A stretch of DNA of 64,000 bases from Tubiluchus corallicola (Eukaryota > Animalia > Priapulida). The translations under genes and the position numbers were made by a program. Within the stretch, counting starts at the first letter, position 1, and each line of letters opens with the position of its first letter. The notes below the pieces were generated by a model, which saw nothing but the letters and a program-made list of their open reading frames with translations, did not search any database and was not told the DNA's origin. This document shows positions 52,010 through 64,000 of the stretch, piece by piece. The stretch is from positions 1 to 64,000 of the forward strand of contig JAQGDQ010000038.1 in the NCBI GenBank assembly GCA_030141605.1, in the 5' to 3' direction.

Positions 52010-54208
52010 GACAGGCAAAACCAGTTATCAGAGGATAACAGGCAACTTAATTCTTTACAAATTGTCGGAATTCTTTGAGCCACAGAGAGAGCACGGGAAC
52101 GGTCAATTTACTAGAAATGTTAAGCCATTGAACGGCCTTGGAGCAGGGATTTCAAATGACAACACCATCCACAGTACACACATGTACTGCATGTCATGTA
52201 CCAATGCATTTGCTTAGCTATAGAGATTTTTTTGTCTCTGGTATTCACCAAATAGAAGAGCAACAGTAAATTAGATATACCTCATATCATATGTATACAG
52301 CAGCAAAAAACTAGCCAAAATTTTTATTTTAAATATTTTAAAAGATTTGCTTAAATGTTTGGAAGGAGATTTGAAAGACAAATTCCGAAACATCACGCCA
52401 AAGACTAACAATCGAAAGTGATCACATTTACAATTATTGGCATAATAACAACTCATAATTACAGCATATCGACATAGTTGTTAAAATAATACACTACAGC
52501 TGCTGGTACTCAATAATAACTTAGTAAATGGCGACACAAGCGCTGTAAACAGTACTAGTATGTAGTGATGATGATGAAATATCGTTACCATCATATATCA
52601 AGTATGAGATGTTTAAAAAATAAATTATTCCAAACAACGTTATTTTAGTAAACTGAAACAGGACATTTGGGACACGAGGTCATATGAGAAAAATTTTAAA
52701 AGGCATTTTGTTTCTACAAGAAAGACTGGTAACAGCTTCCCATCTTTACAAAATTACAAAACAAGAGGCAAAAACAAGAACCTATGCGTTTTGAAATTAG
52801 CAGCTCGCGAGAAAACCAACCACCGTACGGTGGCGCCATTTCATGAATGAAGCACGTTTGTTTAACAACAGAGCTACAGGGTTGACTCTGAAATTGAGAG
52901 CTAGTTATTTTTAATACGAGTGAATCACAAAGCTACCATATACACCAACATCAATATCAAAAGTTATATAAATTATTAATTATTGAGTTGTTATGAAAAG
53001 TTATTGATCAGTTATTAATGGTGTCATGTCTCCTTATATAATAGATAATGATCATTAAAGTAACAAAGAAAAATCACAGGTCTTGAAGACTAGGAACTGA
53101 AATCAGGGCTCTGATATGTAGATATAGGTGTGCTGTATTCATTACACCTTTGGGTTATTATTCGGGCCAACTTTGCACTCTAGTAGGCCTAATCGATCAG
53201 CTAAATATACAAAATGACGTATGCCTAATCAATACCTACAAAAGTTTGCTGGATAAACCGCATAAATGCATCTTCATCGTCATTTATTTACACGCAAAAA
53301 TGATTTTCATTGAACACCAGGGCCTGTTAGTGACTCGTGCTGTTATTCATCAGTGCATAACCAAAAAGTGTGACTGCAGATCTTGCATTGATTATTACGC
53401 CACTTTTGTGTTTTAGGTCCATTATAGCATTATCACTACAGCTCGCAAATGTTTTCGTGTTGTGTGGATTGGCTTAGATACGGATGTGTCACTTTTGGTG
53501 CAAAAATGTTGCTTTTAAGTAGTTAAACAACGCCCCGGCCATGTTCAACTCTGCCAAAAGATGAATGAAAAATTATCAGTACTTGTGTCGTTTCGCGCAA
53601 TAGAATATAATGAATATGGCTGCATATGACTCGAGCTTTACCTCAGCACGTAATTGCCTGCCCATACAAAGTGCTAAACAGTAAAAATATCCGGCTTAAT
53701 TTGCGGGGAGAAACTGCAAAACAAAACACTGTTGCCCTAGTAACGGCACAACTTCGCTGACCATTATAACATTAATTCACCCGTGCACAAATTGGCCGGA
53801 ATATTTTTACGAATATTGCAAGAGCATAATGTAATACCATCTAGAGTTGACTGATCCGAACAAGAGCTAAGCGGAAATGCAGACGCGAACTGCGGATAGG
53901 TTGACACGCTCCTGCCAGTAATTGGTCAGAGTTCGTAGCAGTAATCTGGAAAATGATGATGGTGATGCTAGGGAAGATAGGAGAAGAGATTTTGGTTTCC
54001 CTGGAAACAGGATGAAGCATAATATGTCACGCGGCTATCAAACAGGTTCCATTCATTTCCTATAGAAACGTTTTATACTAAAGACTGTCTACGTTTTGCT
54101 TGCTGTAATTCTAAAGTCGTGCCAGTGTACATTCAGAGGTATGCATGTAAGTGAACAATAAGGAAGTCGCAGTAAATATATAAGATGGCGGCGTCTATGA
54201 TGACAATG

Positions 54209-54282
54209 ATGGTGGCAGTGGTGGTGGTGGTGGTGGTGGTGGTGGTGGTTGTGGTAGTGATAGTGCTGGCGGTGGCGGTGGC
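54209..54282. repeat. (GGT)n microsatellite with degenerate flanks
   Basis: Direct reading; produces the spurious poly-Val ORF. Confidence 0.9.
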
Positions 54283-57200
54283 ATCAAGAATGACAATCGC
54301 CAATAAAAATCCTAGACTATTTTATCATGAGTGTTCCCCTGCAGTGGTAGTAGTGGAGGGGGTTGGAAGCGACAACAATGACGACTGCCAATAGTTTATT
54401 AGGAGTCCTTCCTCTCTTTCAGCGTTGTTTACTGTGACTTCTTCAACAGTGGCCAAGCACACATCAAATCTGCTCAACAGACAACTCAATGTGTTACACT
54501 AAGCGACCATAAGTAAGTCAAGTGAAAGCCATTTTGATAACGAGTTTTTATAACTTAAAGTCTCCATATTTTAAAATTCAAACCCTCCTATGTAGAAATC
54601 TCCATCAGAACCCATAAATCTAAGTAAAAGAATAAAATGAACTTTTTCACCATGGAAAATATCTTACAGATACATTTAAAAGCAATTACATTCAGCTCTG
54701 GTGAAATCATTTAACATAGACCGTGCAGTTAATTATTACAAATGGTTATTACGGCAATCAGTTAATTCGGTTGAACAGTGTTTATGATGGTAACGAGCCA
54801 AGTGACATTTTGCAAATGATATTAATTGGCAAAATTTACACAAAATCGCCACAAAGGCTCTGAAGTGACAAGGCAATAAACAGGTTAATAGTTTTTGATG
54901 AAATGGTATTCACAACAAGGACGAAAAGAAAAGGCTGAAAAGACGCATCACAGTTGCGTTAACTATGCAACCTTCTAATTTCAAGGTAATCAATTGCTTA
55001 TAGATTCATGTCATCAGTTACAATCACAAACCTGGTTTACGAAAAAAAAACGAAAATAGAAAAGGCTGTGTCTGAACCCAGTAAACTTCACTCTCAAGTC
55101 CGGAATATAGGACCTTCTTAATGTAGATGGTTATGGGGCTTGTGGTGGAACCGGAACGTATCTCATTATCAAGCACAAATCTTCTGTAATGAAGTAATGA
55201 ACTGGTATACGTGTTTTTCGTACTTTCAAAGGCAAGGACATCTTAGCTATCCCCTCGCCAATCAAAAAAGTTACATCATAAGCAGCTATCATAAAAATAA
55301 ATTTAGAACCCATTTGAAAAATCACAACAGGTTGGATGAATCAAACACGGGGATTTTACTTCATACTGCGCCGAGCAAGTTGCACTTCCTTTCCTAAAGG
55401 TGGCGCTAACCTCCGCCACTCACGGTAACACAGACGAAGCCCAACTTAATCCTTTCCATGCATTTAATTCAAGGACTATTACTTTACTTTTCACGCCCAG
55501 GGGAACTATTCAAGCAGGCTTTTAAATCTTCCGTTAACCCATCGCTCAAAGAAACTCAACAAACAGCGGGCAACTTTCTCGCCCAATCCAATTTCGCGAG
55601 GCAACGCGTTTCATTCAGAAATTTTCCATCTTTCTGCACCCTTTAGCACAACTTGCTATTACACCCGATTATGATGCATTGATGTGGTAATGCGGCCTAA
55701 CACGTTTACAGGGGTGTACATTCTAACCCCTGCCCCCTTGCAACCCTTGCTTTGTATGGCAAAATGGCAGTGTGAGCTCACAATCAGCGTATTGTGTGGT
55801 CCTACGCATGTTTTGCCTCCTTGTATCAACAACTCCCCATTTGGGCTGCATGGGCATAATGTCGCCATTACTGTATAAACACTTTGGCGTTTAGAAATTT
55901 TCGCAAGCTGAAATAAAAACAAAACGCGGACTAATATGGCACTAAAACGAAAATATTACCGCGATTTAATCGCCAGCGTAACTCAAAAATTTTTTTGCTT
56001 GTTAATATATACATTTGTTGCAAAAGCGAATGTACAAATGTGAATTTTTTGCACGTACAATTTGCCTGTTTGACAGCAGCTCTAACATTGACTTTGAATA
56101 CGCTCTGGCTTGGGCAACACGGTGGTTAAGAATGTGAATCTCGCTTAACTTTACTTAAATTTACTGACTTTTGCTTGAAAGCATTTCCCAAAATTTATCT
56201 GATCACCGGGAAACAATTGCGAGGTAGGTACCATATTTCTTTCAAACTTTTTACGGCCCATGTCTTTTCTCGAATTTTATTGACCTTGGAATCAGGAGTA
56301 TTCAAAGCAAAGTTTCCTTGTTTAGACAACAAGAATCAGAGTTTTGTTCTATGAATATTATTCGTAGATGTAAAAAGTCCCGAGGAAGGACTAAGACATT
56401 TATAAAGTCACTTAATTAATTCAGAGTTGTAAAAATGTCTAATTAAAGAGATTTAGTAAAAAAAAGTTGAGAAATATTAAATTAAGACCGCCTCCTTAAA
56501 TAAAGTTAAACTCCTTAAATAAAGTTTTTACAACTGAACACATAACTTTGACTTCAATAAAATCCGTGTTTCGTACTTTTGCGTAGTCTGCTTTCTGGGC
56601 TTCAGCTGCAATAATAAGTGGTCAACTTTTTCCATAATATGTTGAACAAACCCTTCCTTTGTTAGAAATACTTGTAATGACTCGGTTATTACAATGAAGG
56701 GATAACTATAATGGAGTTACGCTTGCCTGAATGAGTTAACACATGGCAGTATTGACGTAAATCTCCTTTGTCTAGCCCAATTTTGGCCAGAGGTAATCAT
56801 GAATTACGAAATCGTAATCAATATCGCACATTACAAAGGTCTACGCATAGGCAAATCAGTATCAGCTAACAGCAGCAAACTTACAACACATTTCGTGGTT
56901 CAAAAAACAAAATGTCAAACAACGTTTTAACCAAAGATGAAAATGACGCACTAGTACAATAAGAAAACTGAAATGGAATCAAAACCAGTATAAAATTAAA
57001 AATAGGGTGTTTATATATATTAAAGAGCACTAGCACGTAAGAAGGCAGAAAGACAACATCAATTTATAAAAAAATATTTAAAAAATGAACAAAATTAATC
57101 AATATACATTTTAACGCAGCTTCTTAGAAGGAAAAACTGTCTTTTAGTGAGGTCTGAATTCAACCATTTCAACACTGCCTTCTGCTTCTATGGTAGTCAA

Positions 57201-57971
57201 AGGTAAAGCCCTATAACTCTTTGCCTATTGAACATAAGCTCTTAAATTATCCACTTGAACCATTTGATTATAGCTTAACGCCTACATAAACACAGACCTT
57301 TGAGTGTCAAGCAGTCAGGAGTAAAGGGTTCAATCTGGTACTACATAAACCATGGCAAACCATCGAGTGCCAAAGGGTTATGCAGCGAAGGCGTAAAAAT
57401 AATAAAACATTTGTTACAGGAGTGAGATGAGTAACACGTGAAGACACGCGATTAGCAGCAAAGAGTTAAGCCTATAAATTGCCAAGGCGGTTGTACAGCT
57501 TCTAGCTGTCCAGAATTTGCTAAACTGAAATAAAATAAGTTGTTGAATGAAAATCACTAACGAGCAATAAAACGTGTTGTACAATAAAAAAAGTAACAAG
57601 ATAAGAATAAGACAGAGTTTGATAGAGAAAATTGTTGAAAGAATTATAAATTTGGTTTATAGGTTGAAACAGTCAATAAATGAATTTCATGGCATTGGGA
57701 GATGTTGTTTAGTTAGACGAAGAATAGGAGATTCATGTAGGAGTTTAACTAGGCTTTCTATAATTTTTATATTTTGTAAAAGTACAATTTCGAATTTAGA
57801 TTTGGATACTTACTTCCTGCATCTGGTAGGTAAGCTACTTCATATTACATCGTTTCTTTCAAAAAATCAGCAGACATTTTAAGTAACATTTACTGATCTG
57901 TAATTTGCTAACAAAAACAAGATTCTGACAGAGGGTTTCAAGTTTTCCTTAAATTAGAGTTTTATTTAAAT

Positions 57972-58093
<122 letters not shown>

Positions 58094-61000
58094 TTAAATT
58101 AGATAGTGTAAACTATTTGCTTGCCCAAAAACCTCACCTCTACAGTTTTTTCTTTTGGTTAAATATTGTATTTCCTCAAACATATACAGTAAAAGCAAAA
58201 TGATGGTACAAAATTATTATCCTGTTATGGCACCTTGCCTAAAATTGCAATCCTCTTCCTATTTAGCCCATAAAAATTTGTTTGAAAACCGCCAAAGGGT
58301 CATACCAAATTGCCAACAAGGAGTTGCGAATGCGGTCGAAGCTAAAAGGCTCAAAGAAGCAGCAGAGCAAAAAAAGAAAATCAAGAAAATTGACATTTAC
58401 ATTCGATTTTGCACACACGTGTTTAAATGATCAAGCATGTCACGAAGAGTGGGTTATATGACTCCTACGTTTTGTCAAAGGACGTTAACCTCAAAATGTT
58501 AAACGCGCGGCGCTTTTTGTCAACATTTTTCTCTGTTTGCACTGCAACCTCCAGGGAAAGCAAATGAGTTAGGGAAAGAGCTGCAGTATGAATCCATCCA
58601 GGGATTGATTGCCAGACACAAGCAGTCGACAGAGATGCGTTGCTTCGACAATGGCGTCTGATAATCTGATGAAAAAGCAGAAAGAGTGAAACAAAAGTGT
58701 TCCGCTATTTTCTAGATTTATTGGAAACGAGGAATGAATTTCGTCTAAATGCGTTCTTTGAATTATAGGCCGCAAGTCAAGAACTATTTTAAAGTCTGAG
58801 TGCTAAGTTGAGTCAGAAAGGGAAGCATTCTTAGCTTGGGAACTAACGATTGACTCATTTCAGTTAGAAAGCTACTCTGGAAATTAACTAATATAATGAT
58901 GACCATCATAGCCATTTAAATTACAAAGGAAGAAATATACCTTTGGCAGAAAACCGCAGAATAATATAGTTCATAGAAGCCCCAAATCTGGTGATATACG
59001 TAAGATATAAATATTACTCATAAAAGTCCTGCAGGTAATGCTCTAGGACAGGCTCTAAAACCAGTTCAACGTCACCAGTTGTTAAACCAAAAAAGCCCGG
59101 ACAGCCAAAAGTATTAGAGACCATCAATAGTTGCAAACAAGTATTTATCCGGGTCACTGGATTGCATATAGGAATGGGCGAAATATTCTTATAAATGCAT
59201 TTTACTCAAAATGTACGAACACGTAACTTGAGATAGATCATCATAACATTATATGTTCTGTAGAACCATTATAATGTTTTCCGCATTTGTCTGAAACCTG
59301 TTTTAATATTCCGTCACAATTATGATATTAAAGACAATAAACGTCACATTAAAAAAAGCCAAACCACTAAATTGTACGAGAAAGCCATCAAAGAGCCATG
59401 GACACATGCAGACAATTAAAAGAAATAGTTACTGTAGACAGGACATGCAGTTAGACTTTCTGAAATATTCTCATGGAAAATATTTTTCAAAGAAATACTG
59501 CAACGTGCCAAAAAGCTTCTTAGTGGGTATGCATAACTTACATACCTATATAAGATATACATGTACGCCAAGAGGCTTCTTGAAACGTTGCAGTGTTTTT
59601 TCCATGGGAAAATTTCTGATGTTTATATTTATATATGCATATAAATGTATGTGTAGTGTACTAGGCTAAAGATCTTAACAATAGTAAATTAAATTACAGA
59701 AAAGACAGAAGCACTTGGGATTTAGGAAAAAAACAGAAATGTGTGGAAAAAGGGAGCGCCCAAAACAATGTTTCGCAGATAGTATGATCATGCACTCTAT
59801 AAGATGATGATGATTTGCACTGCAAGACAAAACACTGATATGTTCACCAACAATCGGTTTAAATTTCAGAGGACAAAACATTCGCTCCCACAGATTTTCG
59901 ATATGACATTACAAATCCAATGTACGTAGTGATGATATGCTATATATGTAAGCAATGGCATGTATCAAGTTAGTTCGCATACACGTTTCATAAATTTTCG
60001 CTTTTAATGATGCTTTCTTTACAAAGTTGATTTGCAAAAAGTAAGTTTGTCAGCAGTTTCATTTAGCTTCAGGCTTCAGCTGGCCTCAGTTTCAAATTTG
60101 ACAAAATACAACGACTGCATGGTTAACTCCAGTGTATACACCTTATTAGTTTACAAAATAAACTAAACAATACACTTAAAGAGCAAAAAAGGGCCGAAAT
60201 GCATAAACTAAAAGTGTAGCCTAACTCGAACGAAAAGTCATAATGAACATTCCTGTACTACCAGCGAAAAAAATCAACCGGTACAGGATGGAACAAAGAA
60301 GAAACTTTTGTATCTGTACCTTGTGATTATGAGTTTGCCGACAGCTTATAAACTGACAGGTGAGAATAATTCGGCCATAGCGAACGAGTTGTTGAAAAGT
60401 GTTGCGCAGCTGTCTATAGCATTTGCTCACTGGACGGGAGATTACTATAATTCGAATTCAATCAACACTGTTACAAATTTGTTCCATCCTGTTTTTCTGT
60501 CGGATAACATCTCGCGCGCTCACGAAGCGCACCTGGGCCCCAATTTGCAACCAGGTAAACAGGGTATATACTAAAGTATTCCGCCAAGCAATGGAGTTAT
60601 CATACACAGAAAACGTGTTACAATCACGTGAAGAAGGAATTTTTTGTGCAACTGAGTGTGTAACTGTGCGTGGACTAAACATATCACTGCAAAATGACTG
60701 CGTATAATAACAGTGTGCTTAAATTTTAAATGACATTTGTTCACTCATTCGAGCATAAAAATTTAATTTCTACAAAATTATTTATTGGCGGGATTCATCT
60801 CATAAACTAAGTCAAATATGGCTTCTATCAAGATGTATATGCATTTGCTGTACGAAAAATAATGCTAACATCACCTACATCATGATTAAACCTCAGCTTG
60901 TTGAAAACACTATCAACAGAATTCACATAAAGAATTGGTTAAAAGTTAAGCATGTGTAATAAGGCTTAATCACAAATCTCAGGCAATTTTTATATATACA

Positions 61001-64000
61001 GGCTTATACTACTTCAGCACTTACTCTTATGTGAATGAATACTACACAGCAGATTGAATCTGCAAACCACAAACGCAAATGCTGAGCCTTTCATTAAGTG
61101 TAAGACTGCATGTACCATTATTAATTCTGTAACATTGTAGGCTTTCCGTTCTAAGTAATTAAATATTTATTTAAATTATTAAGCAAACATTAATTTTTCA
61201 GCTTCTCATGCAAAATTCGTACAATTTCAATTTTGAGCATAATGGGACAAAAACCCGTTGATTTAATTACGATAACAGTGACTAAAAACTGAGCATCAAT
61301 AAATCAATTCTAATCAATTAAATATGTGATTATAAGCTTAAATTTGTGACAAAGTAAATTGCAAGTTTCGAAAAAATACTGCAGAACAACTTAACAACAA
61401 AACAATTTGAAACGCAACTTATTCGGCTATTCTTTTCGGTTGCTTTAAAAAACCCATAGAATTAACCCTCTAACCTTGCCGTTCGTTATTATACATGAAC
61501 GCAAACAAGGCAGTAGACTCACGCTTTATGTTTGGTAATGGGCTCTAACTCGTGCTATATGGTTCGTAATAACCCACTTCAAATGTTGCCTTATTGATGA
61601 TAATACTTATAACCCGTGCTCACAGCCGGCGGCACGGCCAACCCATTCTTGCTCGATTATGACAGCCCAAACATTGATTACTGCAATTTGGATAACCCAT
61701 TCAGCATAACTCATTCACGCCCCTGAATAACTCTCTACGCGCCTATTGGCTGATTCGAGTGACCATTCATATAACAGAAGCGAAGCTTATAATTATTTAC
61801 CAACAATTTTCCAAATTCCTCTGCAAACGTTCCGTATACAAACAAAAACCAGACTGTTGGCCAGGAAAAAAGGCACAGAGTTACATTGCTCCAGTATAAA
61901 GGGAAAGTGTTTCAAAGGAATTACAATCATTGAGTTGGTAATGTTTGGTAATACTTTCGACAAACACTGGGTTCTTGTGTGTTTGAAAACGCACAGGAAG
62001 GTGGAAATGCGCGCACAATCCAAAGCACAGAGTTAATAGAAATCTGCGCAGTTCGTAAATAGCATTTTTCTAAATTGCAATAGTAAAGGGTGGTTGGGTG
62101 CACAATGACAAAATTGCAAAGGTGTTATCAACCATTATGCGTGTAATACCTTTAGCAAATATGCCGACTCTTTCAACTTTTTCTTTGCTTATTATAAATC
62201 GGGGTAATTCGTCATTCAGACTGAACAAAGATTGCCGCCATTGAGCGCTTTCATTTAAGCCGAAATTCTAACACTTTCGTGTGCGACCTTTAACTTTTTC
62301 CGCCTTTGATATTTTCTGCTCCGCACCTGCCTTGAAAGTTTACAAAGAACAGGTAAAAAGAGTTAATCACCGAGAAGAAAGCGAAGTTGTAATGAAAAAT
62401 ACGACTGTTAATCATTCGCAATTAATGAAGTAATTTCAGAAATTTTCAGAATTTTTGGGACGCAATCATGCAAGTCTTTGATGATGTCATTCACAGAAAA
62501 CTGCAGCATGCACGTACACACTATTGTTGCAAAAATGCAAACTTTATGAGTTCTCAAAGGATTTAAGTCAAAGGAAGATAGTGCGAGCGAGATAACAAAG
62601 CCAGGCTTTTGCGATAGCACATAACATTTTATTCATACTATTGGGCAAGTCGGTCCTTGGCCGGTATCCAGGCTCCACCACTCAAAAACGGGGCCTACTT
62701 AACATACACAGTTATTTCAGAATAGGACCCACTAGTTCATTATTAATGAACAACAACGAACGACCCTTTTCCAGTATAGTGTGTACTGTGGCTGACATTT
62801 CATGCATATTAAGAAGGCTACCGCTAATCCAATAGTTTCCTAAGTAGGCCTATACGGTATACCTGCTGCCATAATTGACATTTCGCTAGTTGTAGCACAA
62901 CTAGAAGCAGTGCGCAGGTTATTTAAATGGGCACCCCTTTCGTCTTTGAAAGGTGGAGAACATGCCCCTCGTCAATCCCCGTTTTTTATTTTACTTATTT
63001 TTATTTACCACCGCTCGTTTAATAGACAACATTAGCACTAAATGCCATATAAATGCCATATAAGCACTTACACTTACAACAATACAGGTAAAGACGCAAC
63101 ACACAAAACAACGAATAACCTCTAAGGTATATGTCTTGGCGTTGGCAGCCACTAGACTCGAACTTAAGACTCCGAAATCTAGACAACTTGGCCACCCATC
63201 CCAGGACAAAGTCCATGTCAGTCACCTCTCTATATTTTTTAAAAATGGGCCCCATCCGTCTCTCAAAGAAATGTTATAAAATCATCTGAAATCAACTAGT
63301 TCACTTCCTAGATTCTAGTTAACAAATACCCTGTTCGCTGTTCCAGTATTAACAAACACGCGAACCACATGCACTTGATTATTTAAACTTACATTAATGT
63401 GACAATAAAAAAGAATAAGAAATCTATAAAGCTGCGTTCGCGGGGTTAACTATCACGAACCGCCTATAAAACGTTATCCCGAGCAGGTAGAGACTACGCT
63501 TTACTAGCAGGGCATGACCATAAACTCCTTTTACTGCAGAGTTACGGCTTGAGCTAAAAGTGTTCCAATTACCGTGTATGAGTAGACACGCGCACTTGTT
63601 ATACGAACAATAATCAGCATAAAATGTGCGTTACAGAGACAACGGTTAAACAAGTCATATACAGAGCTACCATATCCATGTGACAAGATAAACATTTTAC
63701 AGAAAAAAAAATCAATGCTTTTACATATCAAAAACCCAATGTATTTTTTTATAACTGCTCATTAAATAAGGACATTTGACAATCCCATTTGACCTTATAA
63801 TTAACACCAAGCAGCATGTTTATCGCGCAATGCATCTAAAGCAGGTCCTGTAACTTCTATTTCTTATTGATTTCTTCTCAGAACCCATTTTATTAGATTA
63901 TGCATCCTCAAATTCAAAGTCTCAAAGTCAAATTAAAAGTCAAGGTTTAAGCACAGAAAGTAAACAGAAGTTGAATGAGGGCAGTTTGAATGTGGTCAAT

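Noticed and set aside
54185-54394. Poly-Val signal-peptide-like ORF
   Set aside because: Produced by the (GGT)n microsatellite.
55392-55410. CTCF-like cores (AGGTGGCGC; similar at ~2510 and ~52828)
   Set aside because: Only the 3' half matches; too weak without a PWM score or ChIP data.

Overview
AT-rich animal (invertebrate-type) genomic DNA with spliceosomal introns; most short ORFs in the track are non-coding noise. Four genes can be reconstructed by hand: SPCS1 (+, 4 coding exons, 2602-6068); DCTN5/dynactin p25 (-, 6 exons, 8574-14531); a Krüppel (Kr)-like C2H2 zinc-finger gene (-, 7 coding exons, 23061-33504, about 700 aa); and a GT11 alpha-1,2-fucosyltransferase with an intronless CDS (+, 26537-27967) nested antisense in Kr intron 4. 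A decayed CR1-type LINE fills 1-2468. There are several MITEs and foldback elements, a 569-bp tandem duplication and microsatellites. A 40-bp minisatellite built of 3' splice-site-like units abuts a Kr zinc-finger exon. About 30 kb upstream of Kr (33.6-64 kb) has no supportable gene. It carries two consensus estrogen-response-element palindromes, a nuclear-receptor half-site cluster, a recurrent TGACCAC(T) word, RFX-like boxes and a foldback element with 5S-rRNA-like segments. All alignments and counts were done by eye, and the organism cannot be determined from this window.
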